Made by a program: the position numbers and the translations under genes. Below, piece after piece: positions 58,875 to 64,000 of a stretch of 64,000 bases of DNA. The DNA is from an uncultured Gammaproteobacteria bacterium (lineage in GTDB: Bacteria; Pseudomonadota; Gammaproteobacteria; JACCXJ01), in assembly GCA_963764725.1 (NCBI GenBank), contig CAVXTM010000013.1:22919-86918 (forward strand), read 5' to 3'. The notes beneath the pieces are model-generated. The model made no database searches. It was not told the origin of the DNA and worked only from the letters and a program-made list of their open reading frames with translations. Within the stretch, counting starts at the first letter, position 1; every line of letters starts with the position of its first letter.

Positions 58875-59132
58875 ATGAACCAGCGTGCCGAAGACGTACT
58901 CCTCGCGAAGATCCGGCAACTGCCGGCCGAGCGGTTTGCTCAGATTGCGGATTTCGTGGATTTTCTCGCGACCCAGGAACGCCGCCGCGAAGCTATCGAG
59001 CGACTGCAGGCGCTACGGGATCAGCTGCCGCCCGCGGAGATCACCGAGGGCGAGATGCAGGAGATCGTAGACACGGTACGAGAGGTCCGCGCGCAGAATC
59101 GCGCCGAGCGCGAGCGCGCAGGCCGTTCTTGA
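58875..59132 (+). CDS. Putative antitoxin followed by a PIN toxin stub
   Basis: LLAKIRQLPAERFAQIADFVDFL; overlapping frame VLDTNIAVAGLLWRG breaks off near 59170. Confidence 0.65.
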   Translation: MNQRAEDVLLAKIRQLPAERFAQIADFVDFLATQERRREAIERLQALRDQLPPAEITEGEMQEIVDTVREVRAQNRAERERAGRS

Positions 59133-59199
59133 TACCAACATCGCGGTCGCGGGCCTGCTCTGGCGCGGCACGAATTGCCGCCACCGCCCGAGCGGACGC

Positions 59200-59350
59200 T
59201 CACATGCAGGCCGACACGGTGATCATGCCGTTTACGCTTATGGAAGCCGCCGCCAACCTCTTGACCAACGAAGCGCTCGATCCGTACGGGAAGATCCCCG
59301 AGTTCAAGTACCGCGCCGTTAAGATCAAGGCCGGTATTTTAATCCCCTGA
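59200..59350 (+). pseudogene. 3' fragment of formate dehydrogenase alpha subunit
   Basis: MPF..EAAANLLTNEALDPYGKIPEFKY.AVKI. Confidence 0.75.
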
Positions 59351-59653
59351 TGTTCCTGGTGATCACTGCGGCGCTTCAGTGTTTCTGACTCATGAATACG
59401 GATCCCCCTGGGCGATGATGCTGACGCGACGTGTGCGCAAGCTGCAAGACGCGTACTTGGCGACGTTAGCCGCGGATAAGTAGGGAGCTGTGCATGGATC
59501 GACGCAGCTTCGGCGTGCCCGCTGTTACGATCAAAGCCGCCCAGCAGACACGTCCGAAGGATCCGAATTGGCGAGCGCTTAACCTTATATCCGCGCCAGA
59601 TCCAGCATGCCCGCTTCCGCCACATAGGCTTTGTCCAAGCAACCGCTCACATT

Positions 59654-59693
59654 CGGCGGATTACGCCGCTGGGCGCGGCTTATCCGCCCTACT
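59654..59693 (-). repeat. GTAG-type REP palindrome
   Basis: GTAGGGCGGATAAGCCGCGCCCAGCGGCGTAATCCGCCG. Confidence 0.7.
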
Positions 59694-59697
59694 CGGG

Positions 59698-59753
59698 CTA
59701 TAAGTCCGGGTAGGTGCGTGAAGACGCCAGAATAGGGGGAAGCCACCGGCGCC
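59698..59753 (+). repeat. Imperfect direct repeat, copy 2
   Basis: Matches 58453-58509. Confidence 0.8.
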
Positions 59754-59862
59754 TGAGAAATCCAAAAACATTTCTCCGTGCAGGCGCCGTTGCCTATGCG
59801 CCAGCGCCGCCGTGCGATGGACCGCGAAAACGCGGTGCCCTCAAGTTATTTTGAAATGAGCG

Positions 59863-62334
59863 TTATTCTCGCAAATGTTGCTTGATCCTCTGATAGACTT
59901 TCTCCGTCAAGGCGTCGTAGCTGAGATCTTCAGGAAAGATCGGCGGGAGGAAAGCCACCTGGATCGCTTGCCGGAGTTTCGGGAACACTTTCCGGTTGAG
60001 TATCGCGGCATACGCGCCTTGCAGGACAACCGGGACAATCGGAATATTCAGTTCCCGGCTGAGAATAGCAAAGGTCTTCTTAAATTCGGCCAATTTCCCG
60101 TCCCGCGTACGCGTGCCTTCCGGGAAAATGACCATATTGCTCCCGCGTTGCAGGACCGCCGCCATCTTCTGGAGCGAGAGTTTCAGTTGGTGGTTAATGT
60201 CCACGATAATCACATTGTGCTTTTCCGCGAAAAGTCGCTGCCAAGGCCTGCGAAAGTGGCGTTCATTGGCGTAAAAATAACTCTTTTTCACCAGATTCGC
60301 GCTAAGAAAGCGGGTGATGATCAAGGCATCCAGATAACTTTGATGATTGGCGGCCAAAATGCACGGCGTCCGCGGCAGATACTCCAAACCGGTGACGGTG
60401 AGTTTGAAATATCCGTTGAGCAGGAATTTTAGTAACTTGACGGCCGGAGTATGGACGGGTGAGCTGGTTGGCAGGGTCACCTGCACCGGTTCATGGAGAA
60501 TCGTGTGCCAGTTCACCTCTTCACTCTCCATCTTGACCTTCTTTTCCTGGATATACGCCGCGATTCTCTCGACGGTCAGACGCTGGTTGATCTCCTCATT
60601 CGACATCTCAACGCCAAACGCGGTGTGTAAGAAGGTCTGCAGGCTCACTTTGTCGAGGGAATCCAGGCCAAGATCAATTTCTAAGTGTTGACCCGCGTAA
60701 ATGGCTTTCCCGGTCTGCTCATTGAGAAACTGTTTAATCATCTGATATTCAGGATAGTCCGGTTCCGGCTGAGGCGTCCTGTCGCTGACATCGGCGACCG
60801 CCAGAGCGGGCAGTTGAAACCGTCGGAGCTTGCCCAGGCGCGTTTTAGAGAGTTCTTGCTCGACGACGGTAAAATTGGCGATTTTTTTCGCGGGCGAAGC
60901 GGCACGATTGTATTTATCAATCACATCCCAGCGAATATAGTCGCCAATTTGATGCGCCCCCTGGGTATCCAGTTTTTTAAAATCCGGATAGATCACTGCT
61001 TGCAAGATGCCTTCGTGCATAAACACGCCGATTTCCCGAATCGTCTCGAACTGTTTGAGGATTTTAAACTCGATTTCCTCTGGATTGATATTTTTCCCGT
61101 TCGGCAAAACAATAATGTCCTTTCCCCGCCCGGTCACAAAAAGTACGCCCTCTTCATCGAGATACCCTAGATCGCCGGTGTGCAGCCAGCCGTCTTGTAT
61201 CAGCGCCGCGGTTTCCTCCGGGCGGTGATAATACCCTTGCATGACATTGCGGCCTTTAGCAACGATCTCCTCAGCCACGATTTTGACCTCGTTTTTGGGC
61301 AAGGGATGCCCGCTCGCGCCGATTTTCAGCGTCCCCGGGCGGGTAAAGGAAATCATGGGCGCGGCCTCGGTCATCCCATACCCGGTCAGCACATCGAACC
61401 CCAGGGTTTTGAAATCACGCGCCACTTCGTTCTGGATCGCGGCGCCGCCGCAAACCAGATATTGAATCTTCCCGCCGAATTTCTGATGCACGGTTTTGAA
61501 CAGCAGCTTTGAGAACGCCGGAGAATCAACATATTCGGCGAGTTTAAACAACGTCCGCGCCAGCGCGTGGCTCTCGATTTTGGTTTTTATGCCTTTGTGG
61601 AAAAGATTGTAAAGCCGGGGCACGCCGATAATCATGGTCACGCCGTAGTTTTGCAGCGCCGCCAGAATATCCTCGGCCGCCATCGAGGACGAAAATACCA
61701 CGGTTGCCCCGACCGCAAGCGGGATCACGATCGTCCCCAACAAAGGAAAAACATGGTGCAGGGGCAGCAGGGCCAGCACTCGTTGCGCGGCGGTATAGAT
61801 TGGGACATCTTGCGACACCCCTTCCACATTCACCAGAATGTTGTCAAAGGAAAGCATCGCACCTTTCGGGCTTCCAGTGGTTCCGGAGGTGTAGATAATC
61901 ACGGCGGTATCCATATTGTCGCGCTCCGGAAAATCAGCATCCTGTGGAACCGCCGCCGAACGCAGCGTTTCCGCTAGCGCTTCAAACACCAGGAGTTTCG
62001 GCGTGTACGAAAGTGCTTGCAAGGCGGCCTGCGCATCGGCCGCTTTTTCCTGCGAACAGAAGATAATCTCCGGCTTGCAATCCTCCAGGATATACGCCAC
62101 TTCCTCAGCCGTTGCCATAAAATCAACGGGGACCGCCATACCGTGATTGCGCCAGGCCGCATAAAAGGCGTAGATCCATTCCGGGCGGTTTTCGGAATAA
62201 ATCGCCGCTTTCTCAAAGGTATCCGCCTGAAAGAGCGCGGCATACTGAGAAATATTTACCAATAATTGGTTGTAGCTAACCTGCTGATCTTTCCAGATCA
62301 GCGCGGGTTTATCATGTTGTTGTAGACTTTTCAT
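59863..62334 (-). CDS. Long-chain acyl-CoA synthetase-ACP-PlsC acyltransferase fusion
   Basis: IYTSGTTGSPKG, GYGMTE, HTGDLG, LGLDSL, NHQSYLD, IFPEGTR. Confidence 0.9.
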   Translation of the reverse strand: MKSLQQHDKPALIWKDQQVSYNQLLVNISQYAALFQADTFEKAAIYSENRPEWIYAFYAAWRNHGMAVPVDFMATAEEVAYILEDCKPEIIFCSQEKAADAQAALQALSYTPKLLVFEALAETLRSAAVPQDADFPERDNMDTAVIIYTSGTTGSPKGAMLSFDNILVNVEGVSQDVPIYTAAQRVLALLPLHHVFPLLGTIVIPLAVGATVVFSSSMAAEDILAALQNYGVTMIIGVPRLYNLFHKGIKTKIESHALARTLFKLAEYVDSPAFSKLLFKTVHQKFGGKIQYLVCGGAAIQNEVARDFKTLGFDVLTGYGMTEAAPMISFTRPGTLKIGASGHPLPKNEVKIVAEEIVAKGRNVMQGYYHRPEETAALIQDGWLHTGDLGYLDEEGVLFVTGRGKDIIVLPNGKNINPEEIEFKILKQFETIREIGVFMHEGILQAVIYPDFKKLDTQGAHQIGDYIRWDVIDKYNRAASPAKKIANFTVVEQELSKTRLGKLRRFQLPALAVADVSDRTPQPEPDYPEYQMIKQFLNEQTGKAIYAGQHLEIDLGLDSLDKVSLQTFLHTAFGVEMSNEEINQRLTVERIAAYIQEKKVKMESEEVNWHTILHEPVQVTLPTSSPVHTPAVKLLKFLLNGYFKLTVTGLEYLPRTPCILAANHQSYLDALIITRFLSANLVKKSYFYANERHFRRPWQRLFAEKHNVIIVDINHQLKLSLQKMAAVLQRGSNMVIFPEGTRTRDGKLAEFKKTFAILSRELNIPIVPVVLQGAYAAILNRKVFPKLRQAIQVAFLPPIFPEDLSYDALTEKVYQRIKQHLRE

Positions 62335-62478
62335 CTCGCCACCTTAGAGCTAACGGAGAAACTCTTCCCCGTCCCCCTTTGCTTCCGATGGGGTCTATCG
62401 CATAACGGAAGGTGCGCTGCTGCGTAGCACAACTTCGGCGTATAATGGCGCACTTTTTGTGATTTGCGTACCGCCAGC

Positions 62479-64000
62479 ATGAATTCACTCGATAAACTCC
62501 GCAATATCGCCATCGTCGCCCATGTCGATCACGGCAAGACGACCTTGGTGGACCGCCTGCTGCAGCAATCCGGGACGCTCGGTGATCGCGCGGCGGCGCC
62601 CGAACGGATCATGGACAGCAACGATCTCGAGCGCGAGCGAGGGATCACCATCCTCGCGAAGAACACTGCCCTGCGCTGGCGCGGCTACCGGATCAACATC
62701 GTCGATACGCCGGGCCACGCCGATTTCGGGGGGGAGGTCGAGCGCATCCTGTCGATGGTCGACGCCGTGTTGCTCTTGGTCGATGCCGTGGACGGACCGA
62801 TGCCGCAGACCCGGTTCGTGACCCAAAAGGCGTTCGCGCGCGGCCTCAAACCGATCGTGGTCATCAACAAGGTGGACCGGCCCGGCGCCCGCGCGCACTG
62901 GGCGTTGGATCAGACCTTCGAGCTCTTCGATCGCCTGGGCGCCACGGACGAGCAACTCGACTTCCCCGTGGTTTATTGCTCGGCGTTCCACGGTTACGCC
63001 GGCCTCGCGAGCGAGGACATCGATCCCGCGGGCGACATGACGCCCCTTTTTGAGACGATTGTTAAATTCGTGCCGTCGCCGAACGTCAATCGCGCGGGTC
63101 CGTTCCAGATGCAGATTAGCTCGCTCGCTTATTCGAGCTACGTGGGCGCCATCGGGGTGGGTCGGATCGCCCGAGGCACGGTCAAGCCGAATACCTCGGT
63201 CGTGGTCGTCGATCGCCACGGCGGGCGCCGCAACGGGCGGATCTTGCAAGTGCTCGGTTTTCACGGCTTGCAGCGGATCGAGATGGATGAAGCGAGCGCC
63301 GGCGACATCATCGCCATCACCGGTGTCGAACCCTTAACCATTTCCGACACGATTTGTGATCCGAAGACCGTGGAGGCTTTAGCTCCCCTGGCCATCGATG
63401 AGCCCACGGTCCGCATGAGCTTCCAGGTGTCGAACTCGCCCTTCGCGGGACGCGCCGGAAAGTTTGTCACCAGCCGCCAGATCCGCGAGCGGCTGCAGCG
63501 GGAGCTCATCCACAACGTCGCGCTGCGCGTCGAGGATACCGGGGACCCGGATAAATTCCTGGTCTCGGGCCGCGGCGAGTTGCACCTCTCGATTTTGATC
63601 GAAAACATGCGCCGCGAGGGTTATGAGCTGTCGGTCGGGCGGCCCCAAGTCATCGTCAAGGAGATCGATGGCCGGCTCTGCGAGCCTTATGAGCAACTCG
63701 CCGTCGATGTGCCGGTCGAGGGTCAGGGCGCGGTCATGGAACGGCTGGGTATGCGTAAAGGAGATCTGACGAACATGCAGCCCGACGGCCGGGGCCGGGT
63801 GCGGCTCGATTATCGTATCCCATCGCGGGGGCTTTTCGGGTTTCGCACGGAGTTTCTGTCCGTGACCTCCGGGACCGGCCTCTTGTATCACACCTTCGAG
63901 AGCTACGCGCCGGTGAAGCCGGGCGACTTGGGCCAGCGCACCAACGGGGTATTGATCTCGATCGGCGAAGGAAAAGCGCTCGCCTACGCGCTGTTCAATC
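62479..64000 (+). CDS. typA: Translational GTPase TypA/BipA (runs off window edge)
   Basis: Manual translation [60 protein letters not shown]. Confidence 0.96.
   Translation, partial: MNSLDKLRNIAIVAHVDHGKTTLVDRLLQQSGTLGDRAAAPERIMDSNDLERERGITILAKNTALRWRGYRINIVDTPGHADFGGEVERILSMVDAVLLLVDAVDGPMPQTRFVTQKAFARGLKPIVVINKVDRPGARAHWALDQTFELFDRLGATDEQLDFPVVYCSAFHGYAGLASEDIDPAGDMTPLFETIVKFVPSPNVNRAGPFQMQISSLAYSSYVGAIGVGRIARGTVKPNTSVVVVDRHGGRRNGRILQVLGFHGLQRIEMDEASAGDIIAITGVEPLTISDTICDPKTVEALAPLAIDEPTVRMSFQVSNSPFAGRAGKFVTSRQIRERLQRELIHNVALRVEDTGDPDKFLVSGRGELHLSILIENMRREGYELSVGRPQVIVKEIDGRLCEPYEQLAVDVPVEGQGAVMERLGMRKGDLTNMQPDGRGRVRLDYRIPSRGLFGFRTEFLSVTSGTGLLYHTFESYAPVKPGDLGQRTNGVLISIGEGKALAYALFN

Overview
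GC-rich gammaproteobacterial chromosome segment. Housekeeping blocks (feoABC-type iron uptake, prk, msbA, rimK cluster; MacAB-type ABC exporter, mrcB, adk, ygfZ, lysS, prfB, typA) flank a ~22 kb decaying chromosomal integron (~8.9-31.6 kb). The integron has a minus-strand cassette array with about 17 attC or attC-like sites, an intI lacking its catalytic HxLR box, and two more intI remnants. Cassettes include TIR, NDT-like and small membrane proteins that may be defensive, four toxin-antitoxin pairs, ecotin, an SMR pump and a gene-less cassette. The array has been invaded by attC-targeting group IIC introns, IS3/IS481 remnants, a TIR-less element inserted at a GGTTAG core, and three copies of an IS91-like HUH element that each end in an attC-like hairpin. 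The complete copy also carries part of a tyrosine recombinase and sits at the attI position. This last element, a possible self-mobilising integron cassette, is the best candidate for an undescribed system. A second small island (~49.7-55.7 kb) holds DUF4071, SLATT, methyltransferase pseudogenes and ISL3. All calls come from reading the sequence by eye; no searches were run.
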